Assembly: GCF_001194135.2 (NCBI RefSeq)
Contig: NC_068983.1
Coordinates: 89,742,098-89,792,199, forward strand
Source: Octopus bimaculoides
Lineage: Eukaryota
Direction: 5' to 3'
Length of the DNA: 50,102 nucleotides
Shown here one piece after another: positions 33,723 to 46,297 of the stretch. The position numbers were made by a program, and so were the translations under genes. The notes beneath the pieces are model-generated. The model saw nothing but the letters and a program-made list of their open reading frames with translations. It ran no database searches and had not been told where the DNA came from. Position 1 is the first letter of the stretch, and each line of letters opens with the position of its first letter.

Positions 33723-35995
33723 ACACAGCAGATAAACAATAATAACAGGAAAAAAATGTTCACAAGAAACAAATTCAGTCGTGGTATTCGTGATGTAGGA
33801 ATTGCTGTTTGTGTAACTAGTGTTTTTGCTTGTTTGAATAGACAAAGCGTGTGTGTACAAAAAATCTTACTTGTATAACAGTCGTTCGTTCAACCGTGTT
33901 CTCGGGCTGGTAAGAGTCAGCAGTCGTGATGTCTCATTTAGACAGATGACAGTCCTTGTAAAGTATGTGGTATCTGATAGCAGCTGACTTTGTAGCACTG
34001 GTGTGGGGTCTGCCAGCAACTGACCTTTCTTGGCCAAATGTCTTTCTATTTATAATACTTGGTGGTCACAGCGCTGACAAGAGAAGCTATGTCTGGCTAT
34101 ATCAGTGTCGAAGTTCAAGCGTTTTGGCCGTTAATTTTTGACAAACATTTTCTTTGTCATTCGTTATCTATAGTGGATCTCTTAGTTTTACAAGCAATTC
34201 ACTTGAATGTGTGGTCTTTTGTTGGGAAAATATACTTTTGACTGTGGGAAACATTTTCCTCTGAGGTCGAGTTGTGAGCTGAGAGATGTGGGTTCAGTTT
34301 TGAGTTGAAATCTCTCACACTACTCCCCTCCCCACAAAGTTTCCTGGTACGGAAAAAAGGAAATTTTCAATATAGCGCGAAACAGAAATGCACCACTGTG
34401 AAAAACGCAGTTTTAGTCGGGCACTAGATGCATGGTATTTAAATGCATGTATATAATGACTTATGAGTTTGGAAATATGCGTGTGCGTGAATGCAGCAAT
34501 TTAAAAATTAATTAAATGGCATATATACAACAAATGAAGCAAAAGTAAAATAAGGTAAAGTACACATGCAAAGGCATGCAAAGGGAATATATCGTACAGA
34601 GGTAAATATTCATTTCGTGCATAATTGTCCCAAGGATTAAAAACAATTTTTTTTTTTGTTTATTAGTTCATGAGTAACTGTTCAATTGTATAAGTGTTCG
34701 TTCATGTAAATGTTCATTGGTGTAATTGTTCACTGGAGTGGGAATCACTTACCTGGGGGTGTTTTGTTTTTTAAATAGAGAAGACTTGTACATATTTCAC
34801 CGGCCAACGAACTCTTCTACCGCTTTTTGTGTGAGGGTGTTGTGGAGACTTTGATGTACTGGTGGGAAATGCTGATGCAGTTATATCGCTTCGATGCGTA
34901 GTCGATGGTGATGATGATGGTGGTGCCGTATCGGGTTCCATGATGGCATTCTTGAGCCTATCGATACTAACAGTATTCTGTTTACCATTTACATCGACAA
35001 TGAAGTATTTCTCCCGTTTTTGCAGTACTTTGTAAGGGCCGGAATACGGTGGGCAGATTTGTGTTGGTATTCCGTCATTTCTAACGAACACGTGTGTCCA
35101 TTGATTAATGTCCGTGAGGACATACGTATCAGTTTCCTGTGGGCGAGGTGGGTTTGGTGACAGCTGTGACATATGTGCACGTAGGCGATGCACATATGTT
35201 GTGGGATCTGGGATATCCTGTGGAATTACTGGAGCAATCATTTGTCCAGGCAGGGTTAATGTGGTGCCGTAAATGAGTTCTGCCGGTGAGTATCCGATCT
35301 TATCCTTGACGGATGTACGGATACCAAACAGGATTGTTTACGTCAGGGTATACCCGTATGGCTGATTTCAGTTGCCTGTGGAATCTCTCCACCATGCCGT
35401 TTGCCGCCGGATGGTATGCTGTAGTGCGACAGTGTTTGTAACCGATGAGTCGAGTAAGCTTGCTAAAAAGGTGGCAGTCAAATTGTCTTCCTCTGTCTGT
35501 CATGATGATAGCAGGAATACCAAAACGCGATACCCAGTGTGATATCAGCGCTTTAGCCACGGTTTCTGCTGTAGTATCAGAGAGAAGGAAAGCTTCGGGC
35601 CATCGTGAAAAGCGGTCGATACAAGTGAGTAGATGTGTATAGTTGTGAGACAGAGGTAGAGGTCCAATGATATCTATGTGGATGTATTGGAAACGACTGT
35701 CTGGTGCTGTAAAATTACCTAGGGGTGACTTGACATGTCTGTGTACTTTTGCAACTTTTAACCCAGTCGCGGATGTCTTTATTGATGTTCGTCCACACAA
35801 AGCGAGTTGCTATCATCCTCTGTGTGGGACGAACGCCAGGATGTGACAAACCGTGTAAGGCAGTGAAAATTTTCCATCTGTTGTTCGGGGACGTATGGGC
35901 GCTCATGTCCTGTGGAAACATCACACCATATTTGACCGGTTGAAGAAGATAGTGGGCAGAGTTGGAATTTGAGGGACCATGAATTTCGTAACTTA
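33723..35995 (-). mobile_element. Ty3/Gypsy LTR retrotransposon 3' part (integrase, PPT, 3' LTR)
   Basis: Integrase remnant at 34771-35995. PPT GGGGAGGGGAGTAG is immediately followed by TG at 34319 (minus strand). TATAAATA occurs on the minus strand near 34045. The distal LTR end was not resolved. Confidence 0.8.
34771..35995 (-). pseudogene. Gypsy integrase remnant (zinc finger, DDE core, GPY/F)
   Basis: [21 protein letters not shown]; HIDIIGPLP; [12 protein letters not shown]; IMTDRGRQF; [20 protein letters not shown]; PPYSGPYKV; TVSIDRLK. Frameshifted. Confidence 0.95.
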
Positions 35996-38935
35996 TTAAG
36001 TTCTTCGTCGTCCTCTTGGTCCCCTGCGATCTGCTGTAACTCATGGGAGACATGAATGCCAAAGTTGGAAGTGACAATAGTGGAAGAGAGAGAGAGAGAG
36101 TGATGGGAAGAAATGGCATCGGAGTAATGGATGAAAATGGGGAACTCCTAACTGATTTCTGTGCAGTCAACAAACTTACTATTGGAGACACCTTCTTCCC
36201 ACACAGACGTTGCCATAAAGCCACCTGGGTATCAGCAGACGGAAAACCAGATCGACCATATCGCAGTCCGGCAACGTTGGAGGAGTTCACTTCAATCTGT
36301 GAGAGCCAAGCGAGGAGCAGATATTGGATCGGACCACCACTTGGTGATAGCAAAACTCAAGGTGAAACTTTTGTAAAAGTTTGATAGTTGTCATAGAGAC
36401 TTTAGTCTCTCTCTATCACCTTTCAACAGCATTATATATGAAGAGACATTAGAACAACATAATAAAAATAAGTTTTTATTTTTTTTATGATGCTTGGTTT
36501 CACAATTCCTGTCATTCAGCTTAGCAGCCGCTGATTAAGTTGTGATTTGGTATTGGAAGGTTAAGGGCTTCCTTGATGCCTGCCAGAGAAGCAAGTAGCT
36601 ATCACCATCGAAGGCATCGAGGTGAAGAGTGCTTCGCTGAGGAGCGAGGAGTTGTCACATAGAAGGTCTGTCGCGCAATTGACTTACAAAATGAAACTCA
36701 CTCTTTAACTACTAGTTTTACTACACATGCGCACTCGAGAGGCTTCCGGTGGTGAAGTCCCTTGCGCATGCGCAGAATAGTACTTCCTCAATGGCGGCTA
36801 TAATTTCGCGCCACTACACTTTCAACAAGGAGAAGACAGGCAAACCCACGGGTGAAATTTGATGTTCAGAAACTGAAAAAAGAAGAGTCAAAACAGGCTT
36901 TCCAGTTGGCTCTCCTCAATCGATTTGAAGCCCTACAGACAGAAAAGGCAGAGGCAACTGTGGAACAATCCTGGACAAATTTGAAGGAGGCTACAGTTGG
37001 AATGTGCAAAGAGGTTCTGAGAAGACGACTAGTGAAGAGGAAGCCTTGGATAAGTGACGAGACTTGGCAGAAGGTGAAGGAGACGAAGATACTGAAGCAG
37101 GAGTTGAACCAAGCCAGAACCCATCAGCAGAAGCAGGCCATCGCCATTAAGTATAGTAAGAGAAGTCAAGAAGAAAGTAAGGAGAGACAGAAGAACATAC
37201 TTCAATGAAGTGGCTGATGAAGCGGAAACAGCAGCGAGGAAAGGAGACCTGATAGCACTATATGCAACAATAAGGTTACTGAGTGGAAGGAGAGGCAACC
37301 CCATCAGACCAGTAAAGGACGAGGCCAGACGGTTGTTAACTTCCATTGAGGACCAACTGGCGAGATGGAAGGAACACTTCCAAGAAACACTTAATCGTCT
37401 TCCACCTCAAGATCCGCCAGAATTGGGGCCAGGGATCTCGCTCAATATCCACATTAGAGAAATCTGCAAAGCCGTGAAGAGCTTAAAGAACGGAAAGGCA
37501 GCAGGAGTGGACGGCATACTAGCAGAGGCACTGAAGGCAGGAGGAGAAAAAATGATCGATCATATGCACCATGTGCTGAACGTGGTATGGACGACAGAGA
37601 AGATCCCAACCGACTAGAAGAAGGGTCTTTTGGTGAAGCTGCCGAAGAGTGGGGATTTATCACAATGCGAAAAGTGGAGAGGAATTACCTTGCTTTCCAT
37701 TCCAAGCAAAGTCCTTACAAGAATCATCCTGGAGCGATTGAAAGATACCATTGACAAGCAACTCAGAGATGAGCAGGCAGGTTTCAGAAAGGAGAGATCA
37801 TGCACGGACCAGACTGTGACGCTCAGAGTCATCGTGGAGCGGGCAATGGAATGGCAAATGTCATTCTATGTGTGCTTCGTCGACTTTGAAAAAAGCATTT
37901 AACAGCATAGACATGCAGACAATCTGGGACATCTTACGACACTATGTTGTGTCGATTACTCTACGAGGAGTTTTTTCGCCAGGTCATCCATGCTGGGAGA
38001 TTGTCGGAGGAATTCAAGGTCAGCACGGGAGACAGACAGGGCTGTTTGTTGTCACCGCTCCTGTTCCTCGTCGTGCTGGACTGGTCACCAGGACAGCCTA
38101 CGCTACCTCCGGGAAAGGTATTCAGTGGACACTGATGGAGGACTTGGACTACGGCGATGATTTCGTGCTACTGTCACATCGCCTGCAAGACATGCAAGAT
38201 AAGGTAGACCACTTGAGAGAAACTTCACAGCGAGTGGGCTTGAGGATCAGCCAGGAAAAGACAAAAGTGCTGCGTATCAACAACAAGCAGGAAGAGCCAA
38301 TCACAATCGAAGGGGCACCTGTGGAGGACGTTAGTGACTTTTTCTATCTTGGAAGCAAGATCAGCAAATCAGATGGATCAGACGAGGACATCACTGCAAG
38401 AAGCAAGAAGGCTTGGCAAGCCTTCACTTTTCTTCGGCCGGTATGGAAGTCCACTGCCATCTCAACTCGAATTAAACTCTGCTTATTTAGTTCCAACGTA
38501 AAATCTGTGCTTTTGTATGGCTGTGAAATATGGAGAGCCACCTGCATCAACTACAAGAAGATCCAGACCTTCATCAACAAATGTCTCTGGCAGATCCTCC
38601 ATCTGAAGTGGTTCGACAGAGTACCAAACACCGATCTGTGGGAAAGGGCCAACCAGGAGCCTATACATGTTCAGATTAGACGAAGGAAATGGAAATGGAT
38701 CAGACACTGTGGAAAGAACCCTCAAATGTCACACGACAAGCACTTGACTGGAACCTGCAGAGGAAAAGGAAGCGAGGACGCCCGAAGCAAACATGGAAGC
38801 GGAGCATTTTGGACGAGCTCAGGACCACCGGCCTGACATGGGAAGTAGCCAAGAAACACGCCAATGACCGCAAAAAGTGGAAAATAATTGTTGAGGCCCT
38901 ATGAACCACAAGGGGAAAAAAAGATTAAGAGAGAT
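35996..38935 (+). mobile_element. 5'-truncated RTE LINE (second family; APE endonuclease plus RT), interrupted by a solo LTR
   Basis: MGDMNAKVG, NQIDHI, GSDHHLV (APE); KNGKAAGVDGI, WRGITLLSIPSKV, QAGFRKERSCTDQ, FVDFEK, RQGCLLSPLLF, DYGDD, FFYLGSKI, GRPKQTW. Multiple stops and frameshifts. Confidence 0.95.
36372..36818 (-). mobile_element. Solo LTR (447 bp) with 4-bp TSD
   Basis: CTTT|TGTAAAAG ... GCCACTACA|CTTT. Removing the insert and one TSD restores the LINE frame KLKVKLSTRRRQANPRVKFDVQK. Orientation is tentative. Confidence 0.85.
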
Positions 38936-39670
38936 ACATATACATATGTGGAAAATCGTTGTGTGTTTGTTTGTGGCGTTGTTAGCTAACTCTTCCTACA
39001 TCGTTTTAGTGATTTTGATGAAACTTGCCATGTGAGCAGAACTCATGTCTGAAAACCTCGTGACTCTTAGATTGTTGAAAAAATTGATAATACGGACCAT
39101 GGAAGGGACCTTTATATCTACCTCATATAAGTAATTTTTCTTTTTAAACACCCAAGGGAACCCATTGCACCTGTACAATATTTTTTTTAAACACTCAAGA
39201 GAAATAACCCATTTCATTGTTTATGTTCGATTACTTGAATAATGGCATTGTCTGCAAAAATTAGAAATTGGACACAGGTACTCAGATATCTGGATGATTG
39301 TACATTTACAGACTTTTATTAATATGTCTCATGTTTTATAAATATTAGCGCTTGCACCTATTCTTGTAGGTTTTTGCCCGTGTCCAATTTCTAATTTTTG
39401 CAGACAATATCACTTTTATGCTTTATTTGATACCTGAGTAGAACTCCTGTCTGGAAACCTTGTGACATAGATTGTTGAAAAAAATCGATAATGGGGCTCT
39501 TCCAATGGATCCTTCTATCTACTACATATCACTAATATTTTATTTAGACAACCTAAGGGAAATAACCCATACCACCTGCAGGTTTTAGCAAAGCGATCAA
39601 TATTTGATTCTCACTATCAACTGACCTAATTCTGCATTTCCCTACTCACAGTTTTGAACTGCTAAACATT

Positions 39671-40260
39671 ATTATTGCAATTCCTTCATTTGTATCTTAA
39701 ACCATAAAGACTTCATTCATACATTTCTATACATACATACTTTTTTGAATGCCCATTACTCCGATAATTCTGCATTTGTACAGTTATACTTTATCCATGA
39801 CAGTAGATAAATTTTTTATTCCACAATGTATTTGTAGTGGCTTCATGCCGGAATAGCATGTATTCGGTCCTTGATTGCCAAATTTCACTTAACACATCAA
39901 CAGCGCTTTTCTCACGGTAAAACAATAGTTTTTCTATGAATGACAGCAGTTATACATCTCCCAGATGTCTTATTGCAATTCCTTCATTTGAATCTTAAAC
40001 CTTAAAGACTTCATTCATACATTTCTATACATAATATGAATGCCCATTACTCCGATAATTCTGCATTTGTACAGTTACACTTTTTCCATGACAGTAAATC
40101 AATTTTTATTCCACAATGTATTTGTAGTAACTTCAGGCATGCATAGTGTGGATTCAATCCTCGATTGCCAATTTCACTTAAGACTTCAACAATGCTTTTC
40201 TCACGGTAAAACAATAGTTTTTCAGTGAATGACAGTAGTTATACATTTCCCAGATGCCTT
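39671..40260. repeat. Two tandem ~300-bp units (partial third near 40455-40510)
   Basis: TTATTGCAATTCCTTCATTTG.ATCTTAAACC.TAAAGACTTCATTCATACATTTCTATACATA starts at about 39671 and about 39971. Confidence 0.9.
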
Positions 40261-42285
40261 TGCTAAACAGAATAATGTCTTTGCCGCTTGACCTTTCTAA
40301 CCTCTTCTAGGTCACCAGGGGCTGGAATGGAGATAACAGACCTCCAACAAAATCATTTGTTCTCAACAATATGTCTATCCTTCTGGCTGCTTTTCCATAG
40401 TTATAAAAACAAGAACTCCATAAGCTAAAGGCAGTTACTGAGAGCGACCATCAGTGAGTGTGAACATTATTATTGCACTTTCTTCATTTCATTCTTAAAC
40501 ATTAAACACTTCATTCATATATTAATATACATATATACAACATTCATATATTACCTTTAATAAATTAGCCTTCATAAAGTTCACCTTTGAAATGCCACAA
40601 TGACCTCCAATAATCTCTCCCTCCTTTAGCTGACAGTTTTTTGTAGTTTTTCGCGATGCAAAATACACCTTTTGTGGCAGTTATAATGAAATTGCTTTCT
40701 TTTATCAGAGTAATAAGGCATTTCAATAGAACATCTTTACCCCCAGGAATTACTGGGTACACCAGCTAATATATATATATATATTTATATATATATATAT
40801 ATATATATATGAAATTTTGAATTTAGTTCACAGACCCCCAATACTACCTTTGCGAACCACCAGGGTCTACAGATCCCAGGTTGGGAATCACTGCCTTAGA
40901 TCAATGAACAGCGTGTCTTCAGCTAGACACTTTTGATTACTGAAGAAGGGTTACTTATACACAATTCATTCTCTCACTAGCACCCATCTTCATCACTCTC
41001 TTTCACAACTCCTTCCTCTATCCCCTATTTTTGACATCCATCTATCTCTCACTCACACCACAATCTCTCCCCACAATACTGATCACTCTCATATCATTAT
41101 CTCACTCCAGTACTCCACCCTTTATCACCTTGTCTTTTTCCTGTTATTCTTACTTCCTGCTATAGCAAGGTTCCTACAAAATTTTGAAGCATCACTCTTA
41201 CTTTCCCAGCTCAAGACCACAACCTACTGTATTGCCATTGTAGCATACACTCAAGTGAAATTCCTCTCCCCTTTATTATAAATACGAACATTTGAATATA
41301 GCAGATAACAGCTAACCTTTGGCCGCTATTTGGACCCTGTTGTGTCCACTACGCTGATTGGTCGATATTGGTGCAATTTGTCTCTTACTTTGTCATGCCA
41401 ATATGCAGCGTAAAACCAATCAGGATCCCTAAATAAGATCACATGAGACAGCCTGTTCTTAACTCAGTTTTAATCTACAGCTCCTTATAAAAACCCAGCT
41501 ACTCTTTGTCTCTAGGTCTTTGGTTCCAGACCTTTTAAGGTCTAGCCACTGACCACACAAGACAGCCAGTTACAGTGACAACACCAGACAACAACACCCG
41601 TCCAACAGCAACACGCCCAGGTTTCAACACAGTACTGTTCATGAATTACTTCACCCTGGATCAACAGCAAAGATACAGCCTGTGACCTAGATGATAGCAC
41701 CCATCAAGCAGCATTAAGGCAATCTCTTTCTTCGTTGCTACCATCTTCTTAATGACATCAACAACATTTCTACATACACAGCTCAACCAGCAACACTGCA
41801 CAGGTTCTAACATGGTATTGTTTGTGAATTACTTCACTATGGTTAAAAGCAAATGCAACCTGTGAGAACTCCTGTAACAAGTGACCCAGGCAGCAGCATT
41901 ACAGCCACAACTTCGTACGACACGTACTGCAACTGGATCTGCATCATCACCACAACTTCTTGATACAGTATGTATCACCATGACTACGGACTGGTATCTC
42001 TCATTCTTGTGTCTATGAACATTTGTCTAACTTTTCATTATAGACTCTTTCACTTTTCCCTTCATTGTTGTTCTTATATGTACTTAACACACATGCATAC
42101 ATTCTCATGATGGCCTGTCTATTATTCTGTATACATGACGCACACACGGACACACATTTTAAGCTATCAATAAAACATCTCTTAAACATTCTACTCGGTT
42201 GTGTCTCCCTCTCTTTCCAACTGGCACATTATATGCTTTATTTCAGCCTTCTGAATGGAGTTGTTATTAGATGGTTTCACCACAT

Positions 42286-42432
42286 CATCCATCTATAATT
42301 GGTGACCCGACATAGAACGTGCACAACGACATCCATCTATAATTGGTAACCTGATGTAGAACATGCACCATGATGTCCCTCTAAAAATGGTGACCCGATG
42401 TAGAACATACACCACAGCATCCATCTATAACC
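42286..42432. repeat. 44-bp minisatellite, about 3.3 copies
   Basis: Unit CATCCATCTATAATTGGTGACCCGACATAGAACGTGCACAACGA; copies start at 42286, 42330, 42374 and 42418. Confidence 0.9.
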
Positions 42433-42881
42433 ATAAAAAGCAATGTATCACCTTAAAAATCATTAATGCCTTGGTGAATATGACTGAACCAATCAGCACT
42501 AACTGACTTGTTATGGTTGATGCAGTAAGCTTCAAAGAAATTTTCCCATTAAATAGCTAATTGAAGATTCTGAAAATTTAGCTTATAGTTTTAAAAAGTT
42601 GATGAGTGCCACTCTGCCATCCAGACGAAACTATTTCAATTTGCTCAGTAAATTAGTCTCTCACTCTTTCATACTTTTGCTTATGCCATATTCAACAAAA
42701 GTTATCGGCCTTGAATTATAATGCTGAATCACATCCACTCATTATATGCAGTAGTTTTAATTCTTTCTATATATTTCATCTTCAGTAACTAAGAACTACT
42801 TTTATTATAATATCTAATATGTTGTATTACAGAAGATTCCTATTATATTCATTATTTCATGAATGTTGATCCATTAAATTA

Positions 42882-45125
42882 CACATGACAACAAAGATTT
42901 TGATACTAGAGCAAAAGCATGTGTTTTAGACTAAATTGAGGATGCTGATTCTGAATCCACACTCAGAATTGTTCTAGCTCATCAGGATTTTGAGTTATGT
43001 GCATGCACGAGATTATAACTATACTTTCAGCTAGATATAGGCCATATTATAAAATTTGCTAAAATGAAAGCAGTCTTAATTCAAAATTAAAGATATAACA
43101 GCAATAAAACAAATGATGAGAAAGTTCATTATTTAGTTTAGCAACAGATAGTACCAAATAAATCAGTTTGTTCTTGGTAACTCTCAATGTCATTTGCACT
43201 GCTAGTACATGTGGTATGTATATCTCTCACTCTGCATGATTACTGTTTTAACTGTGTTTATTGTGTTAGATCATGAACAGGAGAGGTTGTGTGAATCACC
43301 TAAACAACTTTTGTTATGTCTGCGGAAAATTTGCTCCACTTGACCAGTAGAAGAACATTGCCACCAAATTAAAAACTGCCTATAAATATTATTTTGGGCA
43401 TAAAGTTGAGGACCAAGACAAGAGGTGGACACCTCATATGTGTTGCCCCATGTGTTACTCAGGGCTTACACAGTGGTTGAGTGGAAAACAGAAGGGAATG
43501 CCTTTAGAATGATTAATATTAGTGGTTTCTCAAAGAAAACCAAAGCAAAAATTGTGTATGCAGATTATAAGTCGGCTCTAAAACCAGTTCCACATGATTT
43601 CGAGAACCCTGTCTCAGTTCCCATCTCACATGATTCACTTGAAAACCTTGACACGTCTCACGAACCTCCTGATTCTCCTATCAACAAAGAGTATATAGTT
43701 GATTCTAAGAAAAATTAGCTATGCTTGTTTAATCAAGAAGATTTGAATGATTTAGTAAAAGGAGAAGGCAGAAGTTTTGGGATCCAGACAACTGCAATGG
43801 AATCTTCTATAGCAAGGTATGAAAATTTCCATTTTCCGTTCTCACTATGAAGGCTTATCTGTCTTTTACAAGCAAGAAAATAATGCTTGTTTCTGCACTG
43901 ACGTTAATGCACTCATGCAAAAACTAGGACACGTGCATATGGCTAATGAATGGAGATTGCTTATAGACTCAAGTAAGGTTAGCCTCAAAGCTGTATTGTT
44001 ACATAATAGTAATGAAAAACCTTCCGTTCCTGTGGGTCATGTTGTCAATATGGAAGAAACTTATGGATCTCATTCTGAAAGGAGTTAATTACACAATTCA
44101 TAAATGGAATATTTGTGGTGATTCAATAGTGATTTCCCTCCTCCTAGGACTGCAGCTGGAATATACTAAAAATATCTGCTTCTTGTGTGTTTGGAACAGC
44201 CGTGATGACAGCAATCATTACACTGTAAAAGACTGGCCTAAAAGAGATGAGTGCATGGTTGGTCAGTACAATGTGCAGCATATGCCACTGGTAGACCTGC
44301 AAAAGATCTTCCTTACACCCCTTCACATCAAACTCAGCCTCATGAAAATCTTTGTAAAAGCAATGGCACTCAATGGTTACAGCTTCCAGTACCTAAAAGT
44401 AAAATTTGGTGCAGAGAAAAGTGACGTAAAACTGACAGCAAGCATTTTCATTGGACCTGAGATCAGAGAATTGGTATCTGATAGCAAATTCCGAGGCAAA
44501 CTGAATCCAGATGAGCTGATGGCATGTGATTGATTCATGTTAGTCATACAGAACGTTCTTGGAAATCATAGAACTGAAAAGTATGCTGATTTAATAAACA
44601 ACATTCTAATAGAGTATGAAAGAATGGGATGCCGAATGTCCCTTAAAATGCACTTCTTGCATTCCCATCTCAATTTTTTTCCAATGAATCTTGGTGCTGT
44701 TAGTGATGAGCATGGTAAGAGGTTCCACCAGGACATATTTGAGATGGAAACGAGGTGTCAAGGCCAGTTCAATCCCCACATGATGGGTGACTACTGCTGG
44801 TTCCTACAACAGGAGGCCAGCATGACACATAAGTACAAGGGCATATGTCTCAAACATTTCTGAGCTGAGTGTATCAAAATTAAAGTGAGTATCCCCTTAA
44901 CATAAATATATTATGTACCACTATATTATAATACTATTTGACTTGAACATAAATATACTATATACAGTACTAATATACTATTACAATAATTATTTACCTT
45001 GAACTTAACTATTCCTGATATTAATGTAGCGTTAATATATAATTATGTGCATAACTCAAAATCCTGGCATGCTACAACACTTCTGAGTTCATAGTCAGAA
45101 TCAGCATACTCAAATTTAATATAAA
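42882..45125 (+). mobile_element. Chapaev3-type (CMC) DNA transposon, right terminus degraded
   Basis: Left end TTA|CACATGACAACAAA. Subterminal inverted repeats at about 42935-43000 and 45045-45115. Transposase remnant 43273-44863: FCYVCG, YFGHKVEDQDKRWTPH, LKAVLLHN, PLHIKLSLMK, MSLKMHFLHSHLNFFP, VSDEHGKRFHQDI, MMGDYCW. Confidence 0.8.
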
Positions 45126-46297
45126 TGATACAGATTAATGAAATATATGAAAATACAAATACATATCAATGTGGTCATTTTTGTCTTCGCACACACAGCC
45201 TCTCTAATACTGTGAATTACTAAGGAAGAATTTATGACTAAATGCCACACTAAACAAATCTCATATGAAAGTTCACCAAAACAATATTGCAACATCTACT
45301 GCAAGAGGCACCCATCATTGCCATATATGCATAAAAGAGTGTAGGTCTTAGCAAGACTGAAAAGCTACGTCAATGTTTCTCATGTTTAAGAGATCAATCG
45401 AGTGATGATGTTATGTGAAATTGACATGCATGCATGCATTCATGTATGTATGTATTATGTATTTATGTATGTACGTATATATGTTCTATTCTGTTTTAAT
45501 TATTTAAATTCTTCCTCTGAAGAAGGAGCTGCTTTCTAACAAAGATACAAACCTCCCTCATTGGGATTTCTTTCTTCACTCATGTTTGTATTTTTATTGT
45601 TTTGAATTTGTATTTCAATGTGGTTTTGTATTATATATGTATCATATACATACATGTTGTATATGTACTTATTAAATTCAAATCTTAATTTTCATGGAAT
45701 ATTTATAAAATAAAACTATGCGATGGTAATGCAAAAAATACAGACAGCAAAAACAATGTTAAATTTTTAACTTGAGAAAAGTCTTGCATATTGTCACTGT
45801 TCCACTCGCAGATTGTATTTGTAATGTGTGAACATGCTTGCATATAGGTAGGCAAGCAAGAGTGTGGGGGTGCATGTGCATATGTGTGTGCGTAAGTGAG
45901 TGAATAGATGAATGAGTGTGAATTCCCCTAGACATGTACATGCTGCTTGTAAACAATGGGCACTGTTCTTACAAATGGTATCATTTGTATACAATCTGAT
46001 GAGAATGTATGTCTAAGCTGAATGGTTGTTTGATAAACTAAGAGAAATATTACTTTGGTATTACAAGTGAAAGTTGGAAAAAGAAAGAGCTTCTAACTGT
46101 AAAAAGATCTGCCTCAGCAAAGTTTTTTGTGACGCAGGCAAACTAAGTATGGAAAAGTGAACATTACAACAATAACTGCATGGTTCACTCCTGTCAGTGC
46201 AGGGCATCACACCAAGTGGAACTGAACAATGAATAAGTAGCAAAACAATAAATATTCTTCATCTAAACCTATATTATTCACTACTTCATAACAATAA

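Larger units (their letters stand above)
31209..40893. mobile_element. hAT (Charlie/Buster-like) element expanded by nested insertions
   Basis: Left end CAGTGGTCCCAACC; right end GGTTGGGAATCACTG. Identical 8-bp flanks CCTTAGAT at 31201-31208 and 40894-40901 (nnnTAnnn pattern). Confidence 0.75.

Noticed and set aside
40935-40965. CTGAAGAAGGG as a hammerhead core
   Set aside because: No stem II partner or GAAA box follows.
42286-42432. 44-bp periodic repeat as a possible CRISPR array
   Set aside because: The whole unit is repeated with scattered substitutions; there is no repeat-spacer alternation.
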